Shown piece after piece: positions 1 to 13,100 of a DNA stretch of 64,000 nt; within the stretch, counting starts at the first letter, position 1; every line of letters begins with the position of its first letter. The notes beneath the pieces are model-generated. The model saw only the letters and a list, made by a program, of their open reading frames with translations. It did no database searches and was not told the origin of the DNA. Source of the stretch: Amphiscolops sp. MND2022. Lineage: Eukaryota. The position numbers and the translations under genes were made by a program. Location of the stretch: positions 45,696,001-45,760,000 of the forward strand of contig OZ076413.1 of assembly GCA_964187785.1 (NCBI GenBank), in the 5' to 3' direction.

Positions 1-479
1 AGCTGCATTGTTGGAAGATTACTTTCCTCACTATACTTGTTAAAATTCATCGGTGTTTCTGCATGCTGTTTCAATGACGAATTAAGCGGTGGTCCTAAGG
101 ACGTGAATAGCTGGATACCTCGAGTCCTGTACCTCTTGTAGGCAAATGGACTAGTATGTCAGTCCTGGACGCTACGGTTCTGTACTAGTTTCTCTGCTTC
201 GTTATTTAGAAGCGTCCGACTCTTTCGTTACAATTTTTGAGCAATGGGATGTTATCAGTCCTGAACTACTTCGCCAAAAAACTTTCAATTTGTTTCAAAA
301 ACTGCTCAAAAACTTGAATGTGTTGAAATAATGTGTTATAAAACCTGTGATAATGAATAACTTTCAATGAGAAGTTAAAATGTTGATATCGAAACGTTTT
401 CTCTCGAAATCAAAATAAAAAGTAGCAGTGATTGCAATTTTTGCAAAAGACAGATGATTATCAAGATAAGTAGACTGAA

Positions 480-655
480 TTTTAATGGACGATTCCTAAT
501 ATGTATGCTAAAATACGACAGCGTTTCATAGAGCGTAATTGTCGACAACGAACTTTCGGAGGACGAACTTTCTGATGAAAAAAATTCCGACGACGAAAAT
601 CTGACCACGATGTTTCAGACAGCGAAATTTTTGTTGACGAAATTTCTGGTACTCC
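480..655. repeat. Right end of a Mutator-like MITE with degenerate ~15-bp subterminal repeats
   Basis: Array of GACGAAATTTCxGAC-like units at 540-650 ending in TGGTACTCC. The same units and upstream sequence occur at the right end of the element at 61057-61735. Confidence 0.5.
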
Positions 656-2023
656 AATTCACAATTCATAAACCAAAAATTCAGGTCAAAAAACATGCCG
701 GTGCACATTGAACGCATTGTTCTTGGGCAACGTGTTGCAGGGATTTGTCTCCCGGAAACACGCACTGAAGCTGGAGTTCGAAAACAAGGATATTAGATCT
801 TTTCCAATGCTTTCTTACTCGCTGCTTTTCGATTTTTTTTCCATATTTGTTTCTAGTTGGAAATGAAAAAAGAAACGCCGCTGTTTTGAAATTCTGCTCC
901 CTTCTAAGATAAAGAAGATGAAAATGAAAACCTACCATGATGATGAAGTGATCACATATCAAAGAGTGTGAGCGCGTTCTACGCACTGCAAGCTACAGAG
1001 TCTGTTTATTGTCAATAATGATGTCAAGTCTAAATCTCTAAATCTGCTATGCTAAAGTCGTCTAAGTCATTATCATAGTCTCCTAAATTATGCAATTGCC
1101 ATTATCTACTTTCACATGCCGATAATGCCCCAAATGCGAAACGAAGTGCCACTACTAGTCCAGCGGCTGGTTTTAACGAAGGCTGACCTGGAGGGACGAG
1201 TCATACTACCAATGATTTGATTCCGATTTTCTACAAAATGTCAACTGAGGAAATTTTAACTTTTTAAGTTGAAGATTATTTTGACATGCAACCGTTAAAA
1301 ACGGTCCTCTAAGAAGCAAAGATAGCTGGAGTACTTACGAAATGGGTAGCTGTATAAGATTGCTCTGTAAAATAATATAAAACTCTTGTAAAATAAAAGG
1401 ATGCAGGTGAATGTAGTAACCAAGCAAACTGAAGCTTTTGAGAAAGACAGGCTAACATTTCTTTCTTCAAGCCTTGTTAATTAGTGGATGAGTTTTTGCT
1501 GTTTGCAGCCACATTCGTTGGGCAACGTTTTTGCAACGGTAGAGGAAAAAATGGGCTGAAAAAGCTGAATTTTACTCGCCTACAGAGTGGTTCGTTCAGC
1601 GTTCTCTTTGTTTGTTCAATATGAACGCCCCTTCAAGTATTATAGAAAATGATTTTACTTGTTATAATTTATCTATTCAAGGACAAATGTTTTATGTTTG
1701 TTTTATATGTTTGCTTTTACTCAGCACTTCGTGGAAAAAAAACGAGACTTTTACAATGACTAGTTTTTTTTCTACAGCCTCACACAAATATGTCTTCATT
1801 TTTGTTCAATTGAATCATATTTGTTAATATCGTGCCGGGGCAAATTTTTTTTTCCTTTCTGAAATTAAGTTTTTTAAAGTCATTCACGGACTAGCCTCTT
1901 TCTAGACTGCACTGTATGCAATAAAAGATGCACGACTATAAAAGTACAGTGGCGAGTGTTTATCTTTGTTTTCAGTTCACAGACCTCACACTTGATAGTT
2001 CATTTTTCGAAAAACTTTCGTTC

Positions 2024-2090
2024 ACACCACATGGTCTAGTGGTTAGGATGCGTGCTTCAAAAGCAGCTCATAGATTTGAATCCAAACAGA
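2024..2090 (+). repeat. Degenerate tRNA-derived (SINE-head-like) sequence
   Basis: A-box TGGTCTAGTGG and degenerate B-box GATTTGAATCC; no intact cloverleaf. Confidence 0.4.
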
Positions 2091-2589
2091 AATAATTATT
2101 GAAATTGCAAACCTTGACGGCATCAAAATTTGACTTCTTCTTCGGGCTTTTCCAGTATTGTGAGCTTTTTTTTCGAGAAGTGTTCTTTTCAATGACAAGA
2201 CTGTTTCGGTTTGTTCTTTTTCATTCAGGAAAGGATGTTTTTTGAGACAAAAATATCCCGCTTCGGCTTTTTCTGAAACGAATTTTTTCCAAACGTTTTT
2301 CGATGTTCACTGTTAGAGAAAAGCGGTTTCTGAGCACAATAGGCAACTTTGAGATGTTTTGGCTTTCCCAGATTGGTTCCGTCTCCAATTTGAAAATGAT
2401 ATTAGAGATGACTTGGTGCTGAATCGCTCTCCAGTTCACTTTTTTGCTCAAGTGAATCATTTTCAAATGGTCCTACAGCAAATCTGAAAATGATCTGATA
2501 TCCCGAGTCGAGATTGCTTGAACTTTTTACATGCTGCATGGAATTATGCAGGCTAATCTTTTGACAAAACATGGAAAATTCCGGGAGCC

Positions 2590-3025
2590 TGCATGGGAAC
2601 AATTCGTAGGATTACAATGCAGCTTCACTATTTCAATTAAAACTGAAAACATTTCCACTTCTTCACCACCGCGATCGCTTTGTTTTCACGCGTAAGTTTC
2701 TAAAGTAAGTACCTTATATAATCACCGTTAGGCAAATAGCACGCTGAATATGACGCTACTTTGGAACTTATTATGTGACTGAAGTTTATTTGTATTGAAA
2801 GCGCGGTAAAATTGATGACGGTCTCAGCTGCTTTCAAAATTAGAACGGCGTCTTAATGAAACCTGCAAAACTTTGCGGCGCAAAATTGCCGCTAAATTTA
2901 GGATGCATTTTACAGGCAGCCTGATAAAATTGAATCCAATCAGTGAAGTTTTGTTGCATGGACGTTTCTTTGAGATTTTGGTAACCTACAAAAACATGTA
3001 AAAATTTCAAACAGTTGCAACTACG
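2590..3025 (+). repeat. Dispersed repeat, diverged copy of ~56810-57320
   Basis: Shared blocks such as CTTAATGAAACCTGCAAAACTT..GGCG.AAAATTGCCGC.AAA and GTGACTGAAGT; ends approximate. Confidence 0.6.
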
Positions 3026-4383
3026 GATGTGGATGGCAGCGAACAGTTTCCATTTGTTTTTCCTTTCGTGCTGAACAATTTTTTTTGAAAGTATTCAATT
3101 TCATACTAGGGTTCCACCATGCATTTTTTAAAGGATTCAATAAGGAAAACTCATCGAAAGCTAGGAACAGAATCTTTTCTAGAAGTTGGAGAAAAGTTTG
3201 ATTTGTCTGAAAAATAAATCCATTATTTCCGCTTACTTCAGTTTTGATTATTCTAAATAAAATTAAATTAAATGACTCATACGTACGCCGAAACAGATAC
3301 TTTAGAAAAGATCATCGACTATCACCGATAACTAAGCAGTCACCACGAAAATTCAAAAATCAAATACAGAAGCGCAATATAAAACAATGTAAAATTACTG
3401 CTTCAACGTAGAGAGTGAGATTGTTTTTGATATTTTTTATTACAGCACAGGTTTATACTAATTTCCAAAATCGCATTGTCACGACCCGCTCCCGGTCGTC
3501 TCTTCACTTCGACAAGAAGGTTCGGCCATGGCTACAGCAAGTATCTTTTAAATACTTTGAAACTATGATACTAAAATTAATTCTACTTACAGTACAGATA
3601 AGTAACTCGCAGATGATTTTTCTTGATTACAAAACTTACGTACGCGTTACGGAACAATTTCGAGAAATAATTTTAACGTAGCTAAAACTTCTGATTTAAC
3701 ACTTTACACGTGATCGTCTTTTATTTCCGGTTCATCTTCTGAAACTCACATGCTGGTCTAAATAACAAAACAAATAACAAAACAATAACAAAACTAGACA
3801 AATTACGTGACGAAAATTTAGCTCTTCTTTTTCTAACCAGGAATGAAGATATCAAAGATAAAATTTAACTCCGTAATCACAACGGAATTCATACAATTTA
3901 AAATGGAAAATATCTCCAGTATTAAAGTGGTTGTCAAGATTCACTTGAAATACAGTCAAGCAATTTAAGCGAATAATTACAACGTTAAGACAGTGTCACT
4001 CTACTAAGCTAGTAGCTGGTGTTTCTGTTTTTACGGACCAATAGCGTCATCCATCATCAGAGTTATTTGAGCTCAATCCAATAGGAAGCAAGCCTAATCT
4101 GATAAGAATGTCACCATAGCAACGCCAATCAGCTAAGTGAAAGGAAATGAACGCCTACGCGCTCCGTTACATCTCCGTCAGCTACCGCTCAGCTATATCT
4201 AATCTTAATACGCACGGAGTTGCTATGAAGCAGATTGTAAAATTGTAACTATAACTATGAGATGGTGCTTTAAACTAACTTCGATGGGAATCTCTTTAAG
4301 AAACGATGCAACATAAGAATTGCAGAAACAAGATTCTATATGGTTAAAACTGTACTGTACGAGAGAATTGAAACTACAACCCC

Positions 4384-4677
4384 AACACCCAACGTCTAAG
4401 TAATGTAATCAAAGTCATGCTCAACTGAACATGGTAATTTTACGTTCATCTCACGTTGCGAATTCCCTTCTTCGAAGTGCAAAATCAAAAAAATCAAATC
4501 TAGTATAGCATACATTTTTTATAGAACAAAACACCCAACGTCTAAGTAATGTAATCAAAGTCATGCTCAACTGAACATGGTAATTTTACGTTCATCTCAC
4601 GTTGCGAATTCCCTTCTTCGAAGTGCAAAATCAAAAAAATCAAATCTAGTATAGCATACATTTTTTATAGAACAAAA
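4384..4677. repeat. Tandem duplication, 2 x 146 bp, inside the solo LTR
   Basis: ACACCCAACGTCTAAG... starts at 4385 and at 4531; the two copies are essentially identical. Confidence 0.9.
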
Positions 4678-5493
4678 GCAACGTATGGTCTCCGAAATTT
4701 ACCACTAACAGTTTGGAAGATGTGTTATCTCGTCGTAATAAAGAGTTGTTTCTATTGCTCCCATGTCGTGTCATTTGTGTTTCTATTGCTCACTTGAGTC
4801 ATGTAATATGGTTTTAGCAGTAATTGTGCGCATTTCCAAATTTGTACAAAATCCATACTACAATAAATGAATTGGATAATTTGTTGATTTATAAAATTGC
4901 GTTTTGTAGTATTTCTTCATATTTATACCAATAGGTAATTTGTGTTATTCAAGCATCATTTGTTCTCTCCTACATTTCATCTTTGGGTTTTTATCACAAA
5001 GTATTTATTCTGTTTCATCCGCGTCGCCATTTTTGAGTGTCATACTTTTGTCTTGATATTAAAATTTCCCAAACTGGAAATTGACTACTTGATCACGCCG
5101 GCGTTCCTTCGTGGATGAAAATGTCAACTAGACTTTTATTTTGCCGCAATTTTAGAATTGAAAGAGGAAAAGAAATTGCCTGAACAAAATGATTTCAACA
5201 GGAATTATGGAGGAGCGGCGTAACTAGGAATTTCGATACCTGATTTCATGATGCAGGACTGAAATAATTTGAATCATTTGGGACTTTTAGTGAACAAAAC
5301 CAATTTTTAGGACACCTAGGAATTTTTAGGTGAAGAACAAATGATGCTTGGAAAGTATATATAGTTAGAAATGACATGTAAAGTTCACTTAGTACTTTTG
5401 CTGTTTTGTGAACCGTTAAACACGGTAATCAAAACGAAAAACGTCTTTGACGAGATTACCATTTCCAAAGAATTCTCATTGTATTCATTCAAA

Positions 5494-5868
5494 ATGACTA
5501 CTCGAAGCCAGAAAAGGAAAGCAGCAGCTGAGCTGGCCTCGAGGAGTTTGAAGCTTTGACATCTAAAAACAATCTATTTGAGAACTTCGCAGCAGGACCA
5601 AGTAAATCACCCAAACTACAACCTGAGAGACTAGACGAGATTAAAACGTCTCTAAAGAAGGAAATTATGTCTGATCTCACTAAAATCCTTGCTGATAATC
5701 AAAAGGGAATGCTAAAACTCATAGCTCCAGCTATTAAAAAGGTATCTACTGTCCAAAACTTGAAAAGTTCAGATTCAGAGTCAGAAGGTATTTTACCAAA
5801 CACAACCTCGACTCCTATCAGAACAAAAACCACTACTTCCAAAACAACTCCGGTAAATGGTCGTAACA
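5494..5868 (+). pseudogene. Gag N-terminal leader encoded in the solo LTR (frameshifted, truncated at the LTR end)
   Basis: MTTRSQKRKA start resembles MPTTRKQKKA of Gypsy-1. Coiled-coil segment LDEIKTSLKKEIMSDL. Frame stays open to the LTR end. Confidence 0.65.
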
Positions 5869-5946
5869 CGCATGATCTCAATTTCAGAACAGCTGAGGCT
5901 AGACCATCAGTGAAAACTATCTACGACACAACTGAGCATCCGAAAC

Positions 5947-6000
5947 GAGAGAGAGAGAGAGAGAGAAAGAGAGAGGAACGAGAGAGAGAGAGAGAGTGTG

Positions 6001-6048
<48 letters not shown>

Positions 6049-6049
6049 C

Positions 6050-6085
<36 letters not shown>

Positions 6086-6094
6086 GGAGAGAGA

Positions 6095-6133
<39 letters not shown>

Positions 6134-6163
6134 GAGAGGGAGAGAGAGAGAAACGAGAGAGGG

Positions 6164-6195
<32 letters not shown>

Positions 6196-6214
6196 AAAAA
6201 AAAGAGAGAGAGAG

Positions 6215-6265
<51 letters not shown>

Positions 6266-6305
6266 GACAGAGTGACAGAAAGATAGGGAGAGAGAGAGAG
6301 AGAGA
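5947..6305. repeat. (GA)n microsatellite
   Basis: ~360 bp of interrupted GA repeats. Confidence 0.97.
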
Positions 6306-7120
6306 CATGAAATAAACGCAATTAATAAAGCAATTAGCGCCAAAAAGTACCAAACAGAGGATAATGAATTTAAAATTTTTCGTTGAAACATTTTCATTTG
6401 CTTTTTTGTTATCTACTACTATATTTTCCCAAACTACCTGATTATTTCCTAATTAATTCGCTGATAACTAAATATGAGGAGTTGTTTAGTAAAACGTTGA
6501 GTTTCATAAACTCATGAAAATTGTTTCTATATTGAACTAAACATGATCATGAAAGACCATCTTGGTCGTGCAAATAAACTAGAAAGTCGGAACCTACCGC
6601 TTGCCACAGTGTAGGTGGAAAAATGAAACTTTAAATAGCTCTCATTATTTTGATGGAAGATGTATCACGAAAATTGACAAAATTTTAGTTAATTGGTCCA
6701 ATCAATTGAAAAGAAAGAGACCGCTGACAAAAACAACTCAGCGAAGTAAATCACCAAAAAATCCATGCAGCTCGCTTGAAAAAAATCAGTAGTCCAAGGT
6801 GTAGAAAATGTGACATAATCAAATATATTCAATTCTTTTGGAAAAGTTTTGTTGCGATTCATCTTGTTGTCTCTTACTTGTTCTCAAAATCGAACACCCA
6901 AAGCTCAAGCAAGTAATTAGTAATTCAAAATAAATGTTGATGGTAGCAAATATCTGGGAAGCGTCACCATTTTTCGCTCATCAAACTTTCGAGGTATTTC
7001 AGCTTGTAATATCCAACAGTCGGCACCCCGCTCAAGCTTCATAAAAGTAAAGATTTTTGAATATGCAAAAGGACACTATTGTTAAAATTTAACAGAGCCA
7101 AAAAATTGCCAAAGGGATAC

Positions 7121-9058
7121 TGTCGCAGGCTGCCGCCTGTGATGGCACAACAGTGACTACGTCGGCAACCTGACAGGAATTTGTACCCGGCACGCTACCT
7201 ATTTATTAGCCAAAATAGACGATCGAACATAAACTTTTACGCCATTTTGTTGTTTTATATGCGTTACGTTTATTGATGTTGCTGCTTTTTCCAATATATA
7301 CATATGTAAGAATTAGTCTGTTAATATTCACAATTAAAAAGATTCAGATGATGTGTTTGTACTTATCAGAATTGAAGTTGCAATGTAATAGTGAAAGCAA
7401 TCGGAACAATTGGCAATACAGCTACGCAGTGTAAAGGAAACGAGTTCAAGTGGACGTAACTCCTATTCCAGGGACGTCACTTGAGCTCGTTGCATCAACC
7501 AATATTAATCACTCGTTTAGCGGTGCTATTTTAATCCCAACCAATTGGCCGAGTAAGTCCATGCGACGTAACTTTGCTTTTATCACTTGGTACCGTGGTC
7601 AAATGGCCGGTTCCGGCCGACTAGTGCTGATTGAAAATAAGCCATCAAATGTTCATGTATTTAACCAATATGAGTATGATTATGCTTTTGTACTGACTAA
7701 ACATCCATTCTGCAGTATTTCGTTTTGTTCAAATAATTGGCCGAGTAAGGCCGTTTGACGGATTAATACCTTTGTTGATAGGGACAATTGGACAGTGGCC
7801 GGCTGAGGCTACTTTTGAACTAATTGTCCGGACGTTATATTTGAGTAATTTGTGTGCTTTAGGTATCATGTGTGATTGTATTTATGCTAGAAACACTCAT
7901 GTACCTCTCCAAATTGAATGATGCAATTAATATCAGTTTGTGATGTTACTTTATATACCAGTCTTAAAGATTGATTTGGCTATTTTAACCAGTTGGCCTG
8001 TGTATCTTATGGCCATACTGGGTGAGATTTAACATGTGCAATAACATGTAATTGTATTAACAATTTGTCAAAACTGTCCGCTCGTGCAGGCATGTGCCAA
8101 CACGGGACAGTTAACATTCCTCAAATATTAGCGGATTGATATTTTGTTTGATGTGTTACAAACCTTTCAAATGTTTAACAGTGTAGTAGATAAAGGACTT
8201 TGAATGGTCGCGTGATTCTTCCAATCGCATTTCGGCGGCACTTAGATGTTCAAAAATCAGGTGCCATTGGAATGTTGTTGACGCATTTTTCAAGTATTTG
8301 TACTGTGAATGTCATGTCCAAGATAGTATATATAGGAGCTGTTCTCCTTGGGTAGACACAATTGTTATTTCGTTTCTAAAGTTCAGTTTGGAATTATAAC
8401 TCGCAGTTATGAACCCTCTGTAATACTGTTTTCCGGTTTAAATCTTTCAATATTTGACCCGGTTTTGTCTCAATGCCTACAACTAGAAAACAGAAAAAGG
8501 CTAGAAAGTCTAGAGGATTTGAGATGCTATCAGACATTGAGAATTTAGATATCATGCTAGGCGAAAACCATTTCAATGCAAGGGAAAGAGATGGGAGCTT
8601 AAATAGCAATTTACCTAGAAGGTCAGGAAGTTTCATTAGCAATGAGTCTGAAAATGATGAAGAGGGCACACGCAGAGATCGGAGGGTTATCAACCCTGGT
8701 ACCAGTGCCGATCTTGACCGCAACTCAGTTACTGCTAATTCAAGTGCTTAAATCAATAGATTGTCAAGTGAGCTAAATTCTCGCATATCCCGAGAAATGG
8801 ATGAGATGATGAATTCAGTCAGTGTCCAAATCCAAAGGGCGATAAATGACGCTATAAGTAACCAGGTACTTCCTCAGATTCAAAATGTGGTTTTTGCCGG
8901 ACCAGGACATATGACCAGAAAAGGATGGAACGTTTCGGTCGAGAGAGCGGAGCCTAATCCCGAAGTTCAGCGGAATCTGAATGCAAAAAACAATCTGAGA
9001 AATGAACAAGACGAAGGTCACCAAAATGGTGGTTTGCCTAGTCATAATGTTTATGACA
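7121..9058 (+). repeat. Gypsy-1 5' LTR (1938 bp)
   Basis: TGTCGCAGGCTGCC...TTATGACA; aligns end to end with 21092-22969. Confidence 0.93.
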
Positions 9059-9070
9059 TGGTGACAGGAG
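9059..9070 (+). promoter_or_regulatory. Primer binding site, probably tRNA-Leu
   Basis: TGGTGACAGGAG immediately after the LTR; one mismatch to the tRNA-Leu-type PBS TGGTGTCAGGAG. Confidence 0.65.
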
Positions 9071-10161
9071 AAAACGAATCTCCAAATCCAGTTCCTTAGT
9101 TTCTCACGGGACGTATACCATCTCGAAGTCACCTCAATCAAACTTATGAGGACATCAACCTTGACACGACGATCCCAGCACAAGAGAGAATCGCCACCGC
9201 TGTCGATCCAGACACATTTAGCAGATTGGCAGACGTCTTGACCAACATGCAAAATCGACCAACAGCTCAACAACTCACCATACGCCCGGTCAATTCCAAT
9301 ACCATGACCTTTGACGGCAAAAGTGAGAAATTTGAGTTGTTCGAAGATCTTTTTCATACCATGATCAAGATACAGCCTGAAATGACGGAACAAATGAAAA
9401 CCAATCACTTTCACTTGCTTTTGAGAAAAAATGCTCTCCAGACGTTCAGAAACATCAGCTCAGCCAATAGACAAACTCGTGAGGACGTATTAGTCTTTTC
9501 GTCAAGCCTGAGTCACAAGCGACCGCCAAACATAAATGGCACCGTTTGGTCTTCGACCCGAACACAATGAAGTTACCAGACTTCCTTGAAGAACTGAATC
9601 AAGGCGCAGAAAAAGCGTTTGGAGGCCACGCACAGAAAATGATTGACATCTCCTGCACGCAAAATTGTCTCCCAAACTCGAAAGATCAGTCAATATAGCC
9701 AGATTAGAAAACGGCTCATACGACGAAATAGTTGCTCATTTGGAAAGAGAACTAGAGCCTAATGCCCTCGAGGAATCAGATGACCAACCCATGGCAACAA
9801 TGACTTCCTCATCCTCTAAGCCTGAAACCCTTCTTTCCACGGGGCAAATGTCGGACATAACTTGCAATTATTGCAAGGAAAAGTGCCACATGGTCAAGGA
9901 CTGTGAAAAGCTGAAAAAGAAAAAAGAGAAAGATACCCAACAAGGCAAATCGACTTAGAAGAAAACCTATCCTGAGTGTGGGACTTGTGGCAAGAAGAAC
10001 CATCCGGAAGAAAGATGTTGGCAAGGCGCAGGTGCACACCTTAAACCCAAGCGCACCAGATCTGAGGATTCAAGCGATAATAAACCGAATTCCAAAGCTC
10101 AAAAACCTCAAAATAAGCCAACATTGTCCAATTCCTAATCCTCATCTTCCAATGATGAGTA

Positions 10162-10168
10162 AAAAAAC
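10162..10168 (+). promoter_or_regulatory. -1 ribosomal frameshift slippery heptamer A AAA AAC at the gag/pol junction
   Basis: Heptamer in the gag frame directly before gag TAG; the -1 frame is open from 10168 through the protease ORF to 11331. Confidence 0.75.
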
Positions 10169-13100
10169 TAGCTTCGCCACGGCTCCAATACAACCACCTA
10201 GTATCAGTCAGACAATACATCACGTCGGATCCTCCAACAAAAACCTTCCATGAATATCAACAACAATTGATGGGCTATCCCTCTGTTGTCTGGCAGCAAC
10301 AGATGGAAAAGGCTATCATTACTACTTATAACAATACCCATTTATTCCAAAAACCAATTCCTTTTTGGGATCCTGACTACACAACCACCTTCACTATCCG
10401 ATTCGGGCCCATTCTCTTGATAGATGACTACAACCCGACGTATATTGACCCAGATTGTGGCAGAGATCCCTATTGGGACATCGAGATTTACAACCAGGAC
10501 ATACTGCTGTTTCAATACGTTCTGGATGACATCGCCCATTACCAAACCACAGTCCATGAAAATCCTCCAATAACACGTAATAAGAAAACCAGAGCACTAA
10601 TCGAAAATTGGCAGATAAATGATGGTACCACCCATCCGGTGTTCCCAAACCACTTGGGAACCGAGAATACCGAAACTTGTGCTGAACCAATCTCGCAATT
10701 ATTATTAGACGAAAAACAATTTCAAAATATCCTTATCACCAAAGAAGGTAAACCAGACTGTATACCACTTTCGACCAGTATCAATCTCAATTGTGAAAAA
10801 CGCATGCTGTATTTTCGGATGGACTTTGGGGAATTGACCATAGACGGCCTAATAGACACCGGAGCATTATCACCAGTGCAATTCCTGAAATGGACCTACG
10901 GAAAAATCCGACTTTTATCACCACAATCTGTTATCCGTGAAGGTCCGCCTCCGAACTTTCAAATATTGGACGCAAATGGGCAATTGGAAACTCCCAAGAG
11001 TATCATAAAGCTCAATTTTGAGGTTGGTGATATCGAGTTCCACGAAATCTTCATCGTATTGGAGAACCTAACGGTACCAATCATTGGACTAATGTTCCTT
11101 CAGCGACACCATACAGTCCTGGACATGAGACAAGGAATTTTGAGTTTCCGATTCTTCTCGATGCAGCTCAAAACAGCTGATCATCGATATTCCAACGGGC
11201 TAGAACCAATAATTAACCCGATAGAAGTCACTATTCAGCCAAACGACGGAGTCCTATTTAGGACCAACTCCCTACTCTACCCCGAGAATGCTGTTACTGG
11301 GATATTACAACCTAGTGACATTCTACGTTAAGGAGGTGACATCACTTTTTGCCCAGCTTTGGTCACTCTGAATGATGGCAGTATATCGATACCTGTGAAC
11401 AATTTCACAGACTACCCTTATAAATTCAAAAAGGGACTCCATATTGCAAATTTTTTGGTTTTGACACCTGAACAGATGAAGTACGTCAAACCGGTAGATC
11501 CGGCATCAACCTGGCATTTTTTGCAGAATGACCAAGAACAAGCAACCCATTACGTCAGTAGTCTAATCAAGACTAACAAAAATCAGCAAAACTCTGAAAA
11601 CTTTTGGTTCCCAACTCCAGAAAACCCAGGAAACCCAACCGAACATACACCTATCCAAAAACGGATATTACGAGACATACAGGCCCTACAGGACCTAGAA
11701 ACTCTCGACCCCACCAAAGACGAGGAATCTAGGGCAAAGTTTCTAAAAACTTTGATTGGAAAAATTCCATTTTGTAGGCTGATGAAAAAGGGAAAATTAA
11801 GAAATTGTTAGCGGAATTCCACGACATATTCGCCAGACACAGATTCGACATAAACATGAATGAAGAATTCAAGGTGAAACTGACCCCTAAGAACGATTCC
11901 CCAGCCTATAGCCAGAGCCTCCCAGCACCAATAATATTGAAGGAGGACACTCTTGTCGAACTAGCCATGCTACACAAATATGGCATCATTACCACACTGT
12001 CGTTTTCCAAATATGCCAGCCCAATATATTTGCCCAAAAGAAACCAAACGGGAAACTCCGACTCCTGGTTAACTTGAGAAAAATTAACAACCTAATCGCG
12101 GATGATTTCATAAACAATAATCACCCTGTAAGTACCCTAGTCGATGCTGCCCACCATATGGCAGGCAAGAAACTATTTTGCAAATTAGATTGCTCACAGG
12201 CATATCATTGCCTGCAGATGGCTGACCAACGATCAATTGAAAAGTTGGCCTTCAAATTTGCCAGTCGCACTTTTGCCTTCAGACGTTTAGCACAAGGCCT
12301 TAGTCGGGCACTGTCCGCATTTTCCACTTTCATGAGGGAATACCTCAATAAAGTTATCAAAGCGGATCAGTGTGCCCAGTATGTGGATGATATTGGCATC
12401 GCAGCCAATGACGCTGATCACCTCATAGCTAACTTGAGAGCAACCTTCAAGTGCATTCAGGAAGCAGGCCTTAATATGACGATGCATAAATGTCACTTTG
12501 GTGCAACAGAAATTGATTTTCTTGGACGAACAATTACCCCACAAGGCGTCAAACCCCAGAAACAAAACGTACAAAACTTTTTGGAAAAAACCAAATTCCC
12601 GAAGTCGAAAAAGGCTTTACAACGTTATTTGGGATTTTTAAACTACTATAGAAACTATGTCCCAAGACTCTTCGAACGCCTTGATCCATTCTACAAGATG
12701 CTGAAAACTGACGAAAAAGTCTTGGTATCGAAAGAATTGGTCCAACAATTTGAGGAAATCAACAACGCACTTGACAAATGTTGCGATTTGGCCCTACAGC
12801 AACCCATCGCGAACAAGCAAATTGCACTAATGACCGATGCAAGTTTTGGTGCAACCGGATATGCAGTCTTAATCGAAGATGACCCGAACCAGAAATTTTC
12901 GTCACTGAGAAAATCGTATGCACTGGTGGATTTTGGTTCAAAAACCTTCACCCCAACGCAGATAAAATTGTCTATTTATGCCAGAGAATTTCTTGCAATT
13001 TATTTCGCAATCAAAGAATTTGGGCATAATTTCTGGGGAGCGCCTAAACTGGTCATTATCCTCACAGACAACAAAGCTGTAACAAGATTTTTTCAAACAA

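Larger units (their letters stand above)
3477..5868 (+). mobile_element. Solo LTR (2392 bp) of a Gypsy family with a gag-coding LTR
   Basis: Termini TGTCACGACC...GGTCGTAACA (imperfect inverted repeat); perfect 5-bp TSD CGCAT at 3472-3476 and 5869-5873; gag-leader-like ORF in its 3' part. Confidence 0.9.
8473..10171 (+). pseudogene. gag: Gypsy-1 gag (starts inside the 5' LTR; stops and frameshifts)
   Basis: Consecutive ORFs 8473, 8761, 9226 and 9665. Capsid-like TFDGKSEKFELFEDLF. Zinc knuckles CNYCKEKCHMVKDC and CGTCGKKNHPEERC. Ends AAA AAC TAG. Confidence 0.85.

Noticed and set aside
2024..2090. Functional tRNA gene (also 57662-57735)
   Set aside because: A/B boxes only; acceptor and anticodon stems do not pair.
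5869..6397. Long ER/RE- and SL-rich ORFs
   Set aside because: Translations of the (GA)n microsatellite.
7450..7758. 102-aa ORF present in both Gypsy-1 LTRs
   Set aside because: GTG start and no motif; conservation is explained by LTR identity and it is not seen in the related solo LTR.
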